Source: a virus. From it: 64,000 bases of DNA. The position numbers and the translations under genes are program-made. Location: positions 27,264 through 91,263 of IMG/VR virus record IMGVR_UViG_3300010885_011634; one strand, given 5' to 3'. Under the pieces are notes generated by a model. The model did no database searches. It had not been told where the DNA came from and saw nothing but the letters and a program-made list of their open reading frames with translations. This document shows positions 47,701-56,950 of this stretch, piece after piece; the stretch's first letter is position 1; each line of letters begins with the position of its first letter.

Positions 47701-49401
47701 ATATCGAATACTTGCCCATGGTTTATCTAATGTGCAACCGTGGATTGGTGCTGGGCCGTCTGTGCCTTGAGGTGCTACATAATAGACATGGTCTACTTTA
47801 CCAAGTGTTACCCATTCTGGATCAGTTCCTGAAGATCGTAATACTTGACCTTCAAGTCCAATTGGTAATCTAGTTGGTCCTGCGCCACCGTAGTACACCA
47901 TATCGCCGCGGGTAGTTAATGCTGTTGTTTCACTACCAAGGGCTAATGAATTCCAATATGTACCTGTTGAGTCTCTATCAGGACGGCTATTAGATTGACC
48001 GCCACCTTGTGACCCTACTGTCGACGCATCGTCTGCTTCTGAACGATGTGTCTGTACACAAATATATGCATTAGAGCCGTATCTAACTGCGTCACCTAAT
48101 TGATATTCGGTATCATCTAACCACTCACCTTGCCACTTAACACCTGAATTTAATTTTGCCCAGTATGTTGCATTAGGTGGTGCTGCTGATACTGTTGCAG
48201 TCATCGAACCCGATGTTGAAGTAGGTGTAAATGTTGAACCGCCCAAAGTAGTACTTACGGTAAATGTTGTTCCTCCTACAGGAACTGTTTTAATATAATA
48301 TGTACCACCTGTAAACACATTGCCAAATGTTGTTCCTGTAAATTTCACAGTCATTCCAACAACAAATCCTGCTGTACTAGAGCAAGTAAATAAGCCGCTT
48401 ACATTTGATCCTGTTACGGTTGTTGTGATGCTTGGCGAATCTGATGCTGCTAGATAAGTGTAGCCGTTTAATCTAACCACATCACCAATTTTATAAGAGG
48501 TCGAGTTAGCCCAATCTGATTGATATCTAAAGCCTTGCGCAAATAAATCCCATCTTGATGTCTGTGTTGGAGGAGTTTCTGTCGCTGCTGCGGCTGTATG
48601 TACAGTTTTAGCCACATATTGATTACCACCGTAACGTACTACGTCACCTGGTTGGTATAAAGTAGCTGAATTCCAATCGTTTTCAAATTCAAACCCTTTT
48701 ACAAATTGTGACCAACGTCCCGCAGATTGATCTGTTAAGAATGCTCCTGCGGCAGTATGGTATGTTGTACAGATCCAAAGTCCTGCACCTTCTTTAACAA
48801 CATCATTTTTCTTATATCGGGTACCGGAAACCCAACCAGCAGATTTATATTCTAATCCTTGATTAAAATCATCCCATTTAGATTGGTCTGCTTCTAATCC
48901 TGATGCTGTAGATGATGCTGAGGTGTGTCCTTCATTACATACGTAAGTATATCCGCCGTATCTTACAAGGTCATTAACTTTATATCGGGTAGATGTAGTC
49001 CAGTCAGTTTTCCAATCAAACCCTTCAGCAAACAATTCCCATTTAGAATTTGTTTGGCTAGGCAAATCTTGATCTGCTTCAAGGCCTAATGCTAGATTAG
49101 ATGTAGATGTATGACTATCTTTACATAGATATAATAATCCACCATACTTAACAATGTCGTTAAGTTTATAGAAAGTAGAAATTGTCCAATTTCCTTTCCA
49201 TTCTTGACCATCGGACATTTGGTTCCATTTTGTTGGAACATATTCTAAATCTGTATTAAAATCGGAAGCAGATGCATGGCCCACTGCACAAATGTATGTG
49301 CGGCCGCCGTATCGTACAACGTCATCAATGTAGTAGGTAGTGCTGGCTGTCCAAGCCCCTTTCCATACAAATCTAATTCTTCCTAGCTTAAATTCTGCCA
49401 T
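41722..49401 (-). CDS. Giant virion structural protein (2559 aa): Trp/Tyr CBM5/12-like repeats, beta-helix-like region, Asp-box/BNR propeller repeats
   Basis: Repeats W...T.Y...D.V.YGG..Y.C...HTS; YYVAP.G.D....PW.SI.YAC; S.DGG.TW Asp-boxes; G.GY repeats; TAAATA at 49436-49431 and GGAG SD. Confidence 0.75.
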   Translation of the reverse strand: MAEFKLGRIRFVWKGAWTASTTYYIDDVVRYGGRTYICAVGHASASDFNTDLEYVPTKWNQMSDGQEWKGNWTISTFYKLNDIVKYGGLLYLCKDSHTSTSNLALGLEADQDLPSQTNSKWELFAEGFDWKTDWTTSTRYKVNDLVRYGGYTYVCNEGHTSASSTASGLEADQSKWDDFNQGLEYKSAGWVSGTRYKKNDVVKEGAGLWICTTYHTAAGAFLTDQSAGRWSQFVKGFEFENDWNSATLYQPGDVVRYGGNQYVAKTVHTAAAATETPPTQTSRWDLFAQGFRYQSDWANSTSYKIGDVVRLNGYTYLAASDSPSITTTVTGSNVSGLFTCSSTAGFVVGMTVKFTGTTFGNVFTGGTYYIKTVPVGGTTFTVSTTLGGSTFTPTSTSGSMTATVSAAPPNATYWAKLNSGVKWQGEWLDDTEYQLGDAVRYGSNAYICVQTHRSEADDASTVGSQGGGQSNSRPDRDSTGTYWNSLALGSETTALTTRGDMVYYGGAGPTRLPIGLEGQVLRSSGTDPEWVTLGKVDHVYYVAPQGTDGPAPIHGCTLDKPWASIRYACEQIEKGCRNPNAQRLLEMNRVFIQREVTEWIDRQVSTNTAPFTSAFDYDEYKCERDTGFLVDRLIWDIGHGGNLKMLAASLSYINALAGADLYATAADENGTGTYTKLSAEGTKDVAAYNYMLEVITAVLNNQAPATNYQVLNGDNSTSTVAQYIDTDYTAEAGVIDTVTDLVGIVTTALTDQTATNLPARLVPNNTINVKSGRYRETLPIIVPAETVVLGDEVRSTNAGPAGSLIDISDAYYSVTALGRLSTVIGQIVTGATVSKSTGNAYTQDQNWPYASSTEATLASSLVNVMKYQVDSRLGTMHVSTLTDPTGYNVGYLTGYSDARKLVRENKKFLQEEVIAYLAANYPSSKYGKTKTRRDVGYIVDAVLYSLTYGGNSMSIQAGLAYFDAEGSTNLIPASIKALTLASISFLKTRMQSVSTSSAITPLQTTVPQYTDTAGSAGASALIGSNIDIIYNLINGGSTTSAPNLTITLIAGTTTLTSTGHTLAVGDTVVPRTTANGLTAGTKYYVKTIATNTFTLAASFNGTAITSFSNGVISVIADIVSQPAATNGVTTTTALIAAYTALTAQIPTIGTGAIATVNAAYPTLSYSTAKTSRDVAIVLEAVGYDFMFNSNYRTVKAALAYLRANSVELYTTTNLKAATRAALSYAKTQAKANVGGDATAQARIETLMTLVDDIVFGAADEGDVCQTELRSRDWACLQLERNRDFIVEEARAYIASTFTGTVTASNTTTDIFTISSTSWLKRNAAIQFTGSVFGGVVSGRTYYVQNVVSATTFTIATTRDATTAFNLTTVASGSMTVAFVYNSDFCLRDVGTYIDAIKWDMKWSSNYKSRFVARYYANAVTGSYEEDMYYLRNGTGIRNQTLEGLNGDLTPENTYGTSRVTAGAYVSLDPGWGPDDFRTWITNRSPYVQNNACFGNAAIGQKIDGALHAGGNDSIVSNDFTQLISDGIGAWVTNNGRAELVSVFTYYSHVGYLSEAGGRIRGTNGNNSYGDFGSVAEGYDVTEVPGTGLVDNRNFRATVGQVITDGAQQVLNFEFDNAGSNYTEASWLISGAGTNAAAQADEFRDGAVFQVRLLDNVDDSTSAPEADGNFGGYGYVSNANTAQSGTTTQITIAATDGELSFAYVGMKIVLTGGTGVGQYGIIATYNAGTKVATVNKESTGAAGWDHIIPGTVITAPDASTTYVVEPRISFTAPSYSSTAATLATSLTYTDVRYARLVKTYVGATGTTSGSGTGATFRVTRKGTKYQTVTSIATGTGYARLNTITIAGTSLDGLSTANDLVITITAVNSATGAIQAFEFAGTAAGGNYVAISSGTQTINTSTDGVTWTQRLLALPSASNWSAIATGKLTAEESAGSFVVGRSYTITTIGDTGWTAIGASSNAVGEVFVATGVGTGSGKATPNASHIVAVSTSTTVNAYSKDGGITWTAGGALPAGMSGRASAVWYGDGRWVAVSSSATATAYSTNGGISWTAGGALPTSTTWTGVAYGKGVWIAVASGGTNCAYSLDGGLNWSAGSGLTSSNWTAVTFGNNRFVAVSNTSGTAAAYSLDGIAWTATTVPSAQYTDVHYGQGVFLAVSQSTQAASSEDGIIWTSRTTSTAANGFSATAFGNPNQVGTWVAIQRSTASTVASTINLGATARARSYVSLEKIYAIRITEPGSGYTVAPTMTITDPSNIYDAPFTVRIGNGALANPSFSNRGTGYTAAAADILTGDGYGDFYQDGQYVAVKRLTTFPTAGSNVVFGHLPNQTFKLVNVLTQLGSYPGSYSAFFQIAPNMKIFSTAEHEQTVTTRLRYSQVRLTGHDFLDIGTGSFAETNYPGGEPDNEPNQANETIDSNGGRCFYTSTDQDGNFRVGELFTIEQSTGVATLNADAFNIAGLQELTLGEVSLGGGSASITEFSTDPFFTANSDSIVPTQRAIKAYISSQIGGGGASLNVNSVTAGYIYIAGQEITTTTNGTIAMRANFNFQGGVIGLPVAWNYFLN

Positions 49402-49453
49402 TTTCCACTCCGGTTTTTGTGAAGTCAGTGTATTTATCCATCATATTGTTACC

Positions 49454-52400
49454 CTATCGTTTACTACTAAAAGATTTATAAAACATATTTTGAGCTAATA
49501 TGCTACCGCTTATGTTTACAGGTTGTCCAGTGCTGCTTAATCCTGAGAAATTTGCTAATACTGGAATGGTAACATACAAGTCGGCTGTGTTTATAATTAA
49601 GTTTGGTCCAACTTTTACTGTACCTGCAATGAAACTAGCTGTTAAAAGATCCGAACCTCCAACGTTTAATCTATTTTGCAAGTATGCTTTAATAGCTTTT
49701 TGTGTTGGTACTACGTTATTTGAATCAGCAGTAAACAGCGGATCAGTTGAGAATTCACGGATAACTGCTCCGGACCCTCCTAATCTAACGCCGCCCAATG
49801 CTAATTCTGTTAATCCTTGTAAATCAAAGAAGTCTGCTGAAATTGTTACTGTTCCAGTTGCCTGTTCAACAGCAAATAGTTCACCTGTTCTAAAGTTACC
49901 TGATTGATCAGTGCTGGTGTAGAATACTCGTCCACCGTTTGATTCAACAATTTCGTTTTCTGGAGAACTAAAATAAGTAGCTTCAGTGGCATATAATGCT
50001 GGATAATTAGTTTCTTCAAAATTTCCAGATCCAACATCTAGGAAGTCGTGGCCCGTAATACGAACTTGACTATATCTTTGTCTAATTTCAACTGCTGATC
50101 CATGTTCAAGATCGTAATCTGAACTTAGATAAGGTCCTATGCGGAATACTGCGGTAAATGTACCATCACCTTGCGTACTATCTCTTTCAATAGTTGCTAC
50201 TGTAAAATATCCTGTTTCTCCACGGAATCTAAATTGTGTTCCTGGTCCTGGTAGCGTTTCAAGTCCGCTAATTGTTACAAACTGTGCCACTGGAATAGCA
50301 TCAGCGTACCCGTCGCCCATTACTGTTACTTGTGTTGAACTGGTTTTATAGTTATTTCCTCGAGCAACCCAACTTGGTTGTGCCAGTACACCATTACCTG
50401 TTCTTGGTTTAATATATGCATCAGAGGTATTATTAGGATCAATAATAGTGTATGATGGCGGTCCGTAAATATATCCGCTTCCTGGTTCCCAAATTCTTAC
50501 AGATTGAATTCGACCTGCTGATACAATAGCTCGACCTAATGTTTTAGCTCCTGTAAACACTTTACATGCTTTGTTAGTTAGGTCTGAACTAACAGCTATC
50601 CATGTTGGTCGACTGTTAGATGCTGTACTATCGCCTAATGTTACATCTGGAGTTCCAAATGCCACAGCAGTCCAGCTTAATGGTTCAGACAATTCTCTGT
50701 TGGTCCATACAATACCATCATAAGATGTAGCAGCAAATGTTGTTGGTCCAGTACTTGGATCATTTCCAACATCTCTTACACCTGTATCACCTACCGCAAA
50801 GAATACCCCTTGTCCATATTTAATTGCTCGCCATGCGTGTGCTGTTGAGCCGTCTTGTGTAGGCATCACTGCTGGATACCATGTCATTCCGTCAAAACTA
50901 TATCCAACATCCCCAGTACTACTTACTGATACAAATCTTTGATTACCGTAGGCAACACCAACCCAGTCTTTTTGTGAAGAATCAGAAATAACATCCATGA
51001 TTGTAGCAGACCATGTAATTGATGAACCAGTGTATGTACCTACTGCCGCTACGTTACTACTGTTTGCAATAGCTACGAATTTATCTTTACCATAAGTGAT
51101 AGCCACCCACTCGTTTATAGTTGAATCACCTGCAGTTGGTAGTGTACTTGCAGACCACGACACAGCATTAGTACTAAATGCTGCTGAATTTAAGTTTCCT
51201 GAAACAGCCACAAAAATTCCGTCACCATATGTAACAGCATTCCATGCTCTAAGGCTAGGCATTGTTCTTTCGTACCAAGTTATTCCGTCAGAACTGCTGG
51301 CTGCAACTCTGCTGCCGTATTGTATTGCAACAAAGTTGTTACCGCCGGCTGCTAAACATTTCCAATTACCAGCTACTGGCATTACTACATCTTCCCAAGT
51401 ATCGCCATCAGCCGATGCTACAGCTGAGGTGCCTGTTGATGGTGTTATAACAAATTTTCCGCTTTGTGCAACACCATCATATTCAAAAGTTAGAATTGAG
51501 TTAGTACTGTCGTTTGAAACTGACTTAATAGTTATGGTAATATCATGTTCTATAGATACTCCACCAACTGATGATCCGTCGATAGTTACTGTTTGTTCAT
51601 CAGCATATCCCGCACCACCTTCTACTAAAGTTACAGTATATGTTCTACCAGTTTTAGTAACGTTCCAAGTTGCTGCAAACGGAACTACATCAACTGTGGT
51701 ACCTGACCCAATTGTACTTGTAATTCCTGCGTAGGTAGTAGTAGTTTCACCGTAACAGACATTTGCCCAGGTTGTTGACACAGTAAGCGTTGAATCTGCA
51801 GCAACAAATGGAGGTTCTGCAAAAGTAATTCTTGGTTCAAATCGGTAGGTAGCATTAGTGGTCATATAAGAAACTGCAGGAGTTCCAGACACTACATGAT
51901 CCCAACCTGGTTGGCCGTCACTTTCTCTTGAAATGTTAGCAACTTTAGTCAATGGATTATATGCTGTTAGGTATCCGTATTGTCCTGTGCCGTCACCGCT
52001 GGTTATAATAACTCGTAGTCCTAGTAATTCAGCTTCTGTATTTTCGTTGCTGGTTGCTAATGTTACCGTTGTTGCATCACCGGTTTGAACGTTATTACCA
52101 ATTAGTGAATACCCACCACCGCCAGGAAACCCGCCTGGACTAGTAGGAGGATTACGAACTTGTAATTCAAATACTGCTTGATCTCTAGTCTCTTCTTGGA
52201 TCACTGTTGCACCAGTTCCAGATCCTATAAACGTATAATCGGCAGTTGTATATTCTTGTCCAGCATTTCCAAATTCTAATAATAAAACTTCATCATTTAC
52301 TTCACCAGCAAATGCTGACAAGATTGTAGCTTGTGTAGTGCGATTATTCACATAGGCATATTTTGGCGTTTCTGCAGGATCGTTGCCGTCAGCTAATGCT

Positions 52401-55048
52401 CCGTAGTCTCCGTATGAACTGTTTCCGTTTGTAGCACGAATAATACCACCGGCTTCGGCAAACATACCAATTTGTGCATAGTATGTAAAGACTGAAACTA
52501 ATTCAACTCTACCGTTATTTGTTACCCATGCACCAATACCGTCGCTGATAACTTGTGTAAAGTCGTTTGATACGATAGATTTGTTACCGCCGTTGTGTAA
52601 TGACCCATCAATTTTTTGTCCTACGCAGTTTTCACCAAACGTTGTTACGTTTTGTACATAACAAGATCTTGTGCTAATCCATACACGCTCATCGTCGGGG
52701 CCCCAACCTGGGTCTAATGATACAAATGCACCACCGGTAGGTCGGCGATACAATTCATTTACGGCAGGCGGATTTAATTGTCCTGTTAATCCTTTTAATG
52801 ACATGTTTCTTATGCCTGTTGCATTTCTTACATAGAACATGTCCTCGGTCTCAGAACCTAATACTGCATTTCTATAATATCTAGCAGCCATTAGTGATTT
52901 GTAATTGCCGGTATACTGAATATCATATATCCATGCATCAATAAATGCTTTAATATCTCGCTTGCACGATTCAGCATCAAACGTGTATGTAGGATATGTA
53001 AAGGATGTGTATGCTGCTGCTTCTGCTGCTAAAAATTCTTTGTTTGCTGCTAGTAACTCAGCAGTATCTAGATATGCTTTAGTAGTTACTGCTGTATTGC
53101 TACCAGTCATTGTTGGATCGGAACCTGAACTTCCAACATAGAAATTAATATAGCTAATAATATTACTAATCAATGTTTGAATTTCTGTAATTACCATCGA
53201 TGATGTAGTTAAAAGATACGGACTATCAATATAATAATCGAATATCTGTTCGCCTGTTACCTCATCAAATTGCGGAGGGGTAAAACCAACTCCTACTTGT
53301 CTTATAACTGTAGTTGGTGCAGGTTCCAATGTGTTGCCAACTGTTGGAGTAACTGCAATACCGTTTAGTACGTTTGATATAATTGCACTAATTCTGTTTA
53401 GTGCTGCAATTGAATATGTATAATCTACTGCTAATGCATCAATGGCTGGTTTTGGTCTAACTGTAACTGCTCTAAGTTCTTCGCCACGAAGAGCTACTCC
53501 TGCTGGAACAATAATAGGCAATACTTCTTCGTAGAGGCCGGTACCTACTTTAATTGTAGTTCGAACTCCAGTATCACCAAGTGCTTCAACACGTTCACAA
53601 GCGTAACGGATAGTTCTCCAAGGTTTGAAAGGGTTAATACCTCGATCTGGATCAGTGTCATCGTCTAGCGCAATTGAATCATCTGCACTAACATAACGAA
53701 CTTGATCAACATTACCCCAAACTTTATAATATACACTGCCATTTTCATCAATAGATACAATCTGATCAGCTGTTCCTAATGATACATTGGTTGGACCAAA
53801 TGTACTGCCGTCGCCTACAAGTGTTCTTGATAAATCGTAAGTTAATAAATCTCCGCGAGATACTAGACCAAATCGTGCTCCAACCGATAATACTAAATCC
53901 CAATAAAAGAATCCCGATCCACCATCTAGTGATGGAAAATTTTCACCGCTAGCGATGTGTTCTACATTACATCTCCAAGTCTCGCCTCGATAAACTACCA
54001 AGTCACCTACTGAATATGTAGTTTCGTTAGTCCAACTATTTTTCCATTCGTCCCCAGAAACAACTATTTCCCAGTTACTAGCATCAAGATAGTCAGTTGA
54101 ACTGCCATCTGATGCTGCATCTGCTAGTGCCACATACAGATATCCGCCTCTACGTACTAGGTCGCCTGTTTTATAAACTTGATCAGCTTGCCATACACCT
54201 CTAAGGTTAATAGCTTTGGTTAATAAATTCCAGTGTGCAGCACCTGCACCGATATCAGCAGGAGCATCGCCAACGTTATTTGAACGACTAACATAAATGT
54301 CGCCGCCATATTTAACAACATCACCAATTGCGTATTGAGTTGTTACGTCCCATTCTTGATGGAAGTTAAATCCTGGGAATTCTGTTTCCCAATTATTATT
54401 GTCAAGGGCATATATTGCATAATGCCCTGTTGTACATCTTAATATGCTGCCGCCATATTGGATTAAATCGTTTTCGCGATATCTAACACCATCGGTCCAA
54501 GGGCCTACATATTCAATGCCGTCGTATACTATAGCCCAATTGGATTGAACAATTTCTAATCCATCGGTTAATGTAGATGATGTGTGTTCTACTATACAAC
54601 GATATATAATACCATTGTATTTTACAATATCTCCAATGCCGTATCGAGTAGATATTGTCCAGTCGTATGTCCAATTGTATATTGATGTATATACTGTCCA
54701 TTTAGTATCGTTAGCAGCAAACGTAGTCGATGAAGTATGACTGATTACACATAGATACAATACTCCGCCATAATTTACAACATCGCCTGGTCCGTATAAT
54801 GTTGGTTGAGTCCACTCTCCTTTGAAAGCATAGCCATCGGTCATTTTGAACCATGCTGGTGATGGTGCTGAATCTGTTGGAGTTGCTAAGAAAGTTTGAT
54901 CTTCTGCAAAGGTAGTTGCGGTGTGCTGACGTTGGCAGATCCATGTGGCTCCACCATATCTTATTACATCATCTTTGACATACAGTGTAGAACTAGTCCA
55001 ATTGTTCTTCCACGTATATCTAATTCTACTGATCTTAAATTCTGCCAT
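49454..55048 (-). CDS. Giant virion structural protein (1864 aa), paralogue of 41722..49401
   Basis: MAEFK..RIR..WK start; shared GQKIDG.LH.GGN.SIVSNDFTQ.ISDGIGAWVTNNGR and YSQVR.TGHDFLD...YTSTDQ.GNFR.GELF blocks. Confidence 0.75.
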   Translation of the reverse strand: MAEFKISRIRYTWKNNWTSSTLYVKDDVIRYGGATWICQRQHTATTFAEDQTFLATPTDSAPSPAWFKMTDGYAFKGEWTQPTLYGPGDVVNYGGVLYLCVISHTSSTTFAANDTKWTVYTSIYNWTYDWTISTRYGIGDIVKYNGIIYRCIVEHTSSTLTDGLEIVQSNWAIVYDGIEYVGPWTDGVRYRENDLIQYGGSILRCTTGHYAIYALDNNNWETEFPGFNFHQEWDVTTQYAIGDVVKYGGDIYVSRSNNVGDAPADIGAGAAHWNLLTKAINLRGVWQADQVYKTGDLVRRGGYLYVALADAASDGSSTDYLDASNWEIVVSGDEWKNSWTNETTYSVGDLVVYRGETWRCNVEHIASGENFPSLDGGSGFFYWDLVLSVGARFGLVSRGDLLTYDLSRTLVGDGSTFGPTNVSLGTADQIVSIDENGSVYYKVWGNVDQVRYVSADDSIALDDDTDPDRGINPFKPWRTIRYACERVEALGDTGVRTTIKVGTGLYEEVLPIIVPAGVALRGEELRAVTVRPKPAIDALAVDYTYSIAALNRISAIISNVLNGIAVTPTVGNTLEPAPTTVIRQVGVGFTPPQFDEVTGEQIFDYYIDSPYLLTTSSMVITEIQTLISNIISYINFYVGSSGSDPTMTGSNTAVTTKAYLDTAELLAANKEFLAAEAAAYTSFTYPTYTFDAESCKRDIKAFIDAWIYDIQYTGNYKSLMAARYYRNAVLGSETEDMFYVRNATGIRNMSLKGLTGQLNPPAVNELYRRPTGGAFVSLDPGWGPDDERVWISTRSCYVQNVTTFGENCVGQKIDGSLHNGGNKSIVSNDFTQVISDGIGAWVTNNGRVELVSVFTYYAQIGMFAEAGGIIRATNGNSSYGDYGALADGNDPAETPKYAYVNNRTTQATILSAFAGEVNDEVLLLEFGNAGQEYTTADYTFIGSGTGATVIQEETRDQAVFELQVRNPPTSPGGFPGGGGYSLIGNNVQTGDATTVTLATSNENTEAELLGLRVIITSGDGTGQYGYLTAYNPLTKVANISRESDGQPGWDHVVSGTPAVSYMTTNATYRFEPRITFAEPPFVAADSTLTVSTTWANVCYGETTTTYAGITSTIGSGTTVDVVPFAATWNVTKTGRTYTVTLVEGGAGYADEQTVTIDGSSVGGVSIEHDITITIKSVSNDSTNSILTFEYDGVAQSGKFVITPSTGTSAVASADGDTWEDVVMPVAGNWKCLAAGGNNFVAIQYGSRVAASSSDGITWYERTMPSLRAWNAVTYGDGIFVAVSGNLNSAAFSTNAVSWSASTLPTAGDSTINEWVAITYGKDKFVAIANSSNVAAVGTYTGSSITWSATIMDVISDSSQKDWVGVAYGNQRFVSVSSTGDVGYSFDGMTWYPAVMPTQDGSTAHAWRAIKYGQGVFFAVGDTGVRDVGNDPSTGPTTFAATSYDGIVWTNRELSEPLSWTAVAFGTPDVTLGDSTASNSRPTWIAVSSDLTNKACKVFTGAKTLGRAIVSAGRIQSVRIWEPGSGYIYGPPSYTIIDPNNTSDAYIKPRTGNGVLAQPSWVARGNNYKTSSTQVTVMGDGYADAIPVAQFVTISGLETLPGPGTQFRFRGETGYFTVATIERDSTQGDGTFTAVFRIGPYLSSDYDLEHGSAVEIRQRYSQVRITGHDFLDVGSGNFEETNYPALYATEATYFSSPENEIVESNGGRVFYTSTDQSGNFRTGELFAVEQATGTVTISADFFDLQGLTELALGGVRLGGSGAVIREFSTDPLFTADSNNVVPTQKAIKAYLQNRLNVGGSDLLTASFIAGTVKVGPNLIINTADLYVTIPVLANFSGLSSTGQPVNISGSILAQNMFYKSFSSKR

Positions 55049-55060
55049 AATTTATTCCAA

Positions 55061-55426
55061 TTAACTTGAATGTCCGGTTGGGTATGCGTAAGATTGATTA
55101 ATTCGTTGAGTCAACACTCCCTGATCATCTACATAATATAGTATGCTTCGATTGTCCCATCTATATTGTGTCCAATACAAATTATCATATTCTATTTCGT
55201 GTTCTACTGTTATGCCTTCAAAATAATCAACACCAGGTTCAAAATCCTCAAAATTTTCTGCAGGATCTCCTGGTATATTTAATTGAATGCTGTCTTTATC
55301 TTTTAACTGATCGCTTCTGAGTAAAAATAATTCACCATCTTCATTTCTACGTATGAAATAAAGATATCTAGGTGAATCGCCTAGTGCTTCGTCTGGACTT
55401 TGTCCTAAATAGTATGTACTTGGCAT
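55061..55426 (-). CDS. Hypothetical protein (structural operon)
   Basis: AGGAG SD; acidic 121 aa. Confidence 0.65.
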   Translation of the reverse strand: MPSTYYLGQSPDEALGDSPRYLYFIRRNEDGELFLLRSDQLKDKDSIQLNIPGDPAENFEDFEPGVDYFEGITVEHEIEYDNLYWTQYRWDNRSILYYVDDQGVLTQRINQSYAYPTGHSS

Positions 55427-55435
55427 ATTCGCTCC

Positions 55436-55768
55436 TTATGAAATCTCAACATAGCTTACTGTTACATCGACACTGTCTTCAGTATCACTTTCAATTCTTA
55501 TTCCCGATGTTGCTGGCAAAATTAATTTTTCACCTTGTGTAATTACCTTTACTGTACTGTTGGGCGGAATAACAATCCCTCGAGCATAGGTAGCTTGTGT
55601 AGAGTTTTCATCTATCACATACATGTTTACTACTGCTGTATCGTAGTCTGTAATGTTAGCAATGTTGCAGCCAATAACAGTAGCACGAACTCCCTCGTTG
55701 ATCTGTAATACGTCTACAGGCGTAGTTCCTACTGATGTTGTTACTGCGTGTCTAAATAAGGTTGGCAT
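55436..55768 (-). CDS. Small beta-rich hypothetical virion protein
   Basis: 110 aa ending D.TVSYVEI; structural operon context. Confidence 0.6.
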   Translation of the reverse strand: MPTLFRHAVTTSVGTTPVDVLQINEGVRATVIGCNIANITDYDTAVVNMYVIDENSTQATYARGIVIPPNSTVKVITQGEKLILPATSGIRIESDTEDSVDVTVSYVEIS

Positions 55769-55775
55769 TTTTCTC

Positions 55776-56828
55776 TTATCCTAAAGCGATGGCAAAGCCC
55801 GCTGAAATATCGTTAGCTTGAATTTCTGAAACAGCACCTGATGCACCTGCTGGACTGGCCCAAGTTAGCCCATCCCATACTTCAAGAGCTTTGGAATTGG
55901 TATTATATCTTGTCATACCTACAACTGCATAAGTTGTAGGTCGTTGTGCATCACTACCCCTTGGAGGTACAAATCCGTTAGTGCCATCGATCTTAAAATA
56001 CCCAGTACCGCTTTGTACAATTTGTGTTATTTGATTTGAAACAACATTAGTGATAACATTATCTACAATACGGAAATTACCCAATCTAACACCGCCAGCA
56101 CCATTGCCGTCGATGTATAAATCGTATCCTGTAGTTGTGGTAATTTGATTATCACGGAACATCAAGTTGCCAACGTCTAGTGTTGGTACGTTTAATGTAT
56201 CTGCATATACGTTATTAACGTATACTTTACTCCATCTAAAAGATGAAGATCCTAAATCGTAAGTATTATCAGCCTGTGGAATTAAATCACTTTGAATGCT
56301 GGCATTAATAACAATATTATCAGTAAGTGCATCACCAATAGTTATATTACCACCGATAGTTATATTACCGGTGGCGTTAATATTTCCGTCAACTTGTAGA
56401 TTACCAGTAATAGTAGTATTGCCTTCAATAGCTACAATGCCTGTACCGTTAGGATGAAATTCTAAGTTTGAGTTTGAAACAAATGTTGAAATAACATTGC
56501 CAGTGATTCGAATGTCGTCAACGTGTAATATTGTATGGTAAACTACAGGCTCACCTGCAGAAGCAATAAAATTAATAGTAGGCAAATCGCTTTCAATGGT
56601 GTTACCATAGATATGTAAATTATTAATATCTATTTGATTGTCTACTGTGAGGTTTGTTGTACGAGTGGTGCCGTTAACATCTAGATCTGTGGTCGGAGTG
56701 GCTGTGTTCACGCCAATGCGGGAGTTGGTTACATCCAAGTATAAGAGGTCTGTCTCAAAGGCTAAATCCACACCATCTCTGATGAGGTTTGACTTTAAGA
56801 GCGGACCGGAAATTCGACCAATAGCCAT
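55776..56828 (-). CDS. Virion structural (baseplate/fibre-like) protein
   Basis: MAIGRISGPLLKSNLIRDGVDLAFETDLLYLDV; N.I.....N.....NG.G repeats; C-terminal P.G....RP.....G..RYNT....E.WDG..W; GGAGAG SD supports start 56828. Confidence 0.7.
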   Translation of the reverse strand: MAIGRISGPLLKSNLIRDGVDLAFETDLLYLDVTNSRIGVNTATPTTDLDVNGTTRTTNLTVDNQIDINNLHIYGNTIESDLPTINFIASAGEPVVYHTILHVDDIRITGNVISTFVSNSNLEFHPNGTGIVAIEGNTTITGNLQVDGNINATGNITIGGNITIGDALTDNIVINASIQSDLIPQADNTYDLGSSSFRWSKVYVNNVYADTLNVPTLDVGNLMFRDNQITTTTGYDLYIDGNGAGGVRLGNFRIVDNVITNVVSNQITQIVQSGTGYFKIDGTNGFVPPRGSDAQRPTTYAVVGMTRYNTNSKALEVWDGLTWASPAGASGAVSEIQANDISAGFAIALG

Positions 56829-56936
56829 ATGCTCTCCATTTACCACCGAATCTCACGGATATAACCACCTTACATAGCGGGTTTTCGCTGTTGAGTATCG
56901 TAAAAACTTGGTCAGTTCTTACAGTAATAGTATTTA
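56829..56936 (-). promoter_or_regulatory. TAAATA promoter followed by a ~100-nt structured 5' leader (candidate cis-regulatory RNA)
   Basis: Promoter at 56936-56931; stems GTAAGAACT/AGTTTTTAC, AGCG/CGCT and CCG/CGG visible by eye. Confidence 0.45.
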
Positions 56937-56950
56937 TGTCTATTGGAAAT

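Noticed and set aside
56886-56915. CUGA...GAAA in the long leader suggested a hammerhead ribozyme
   Set aside because: The core reads CUGACCA, not CUGANGA, and no stem II is evident.
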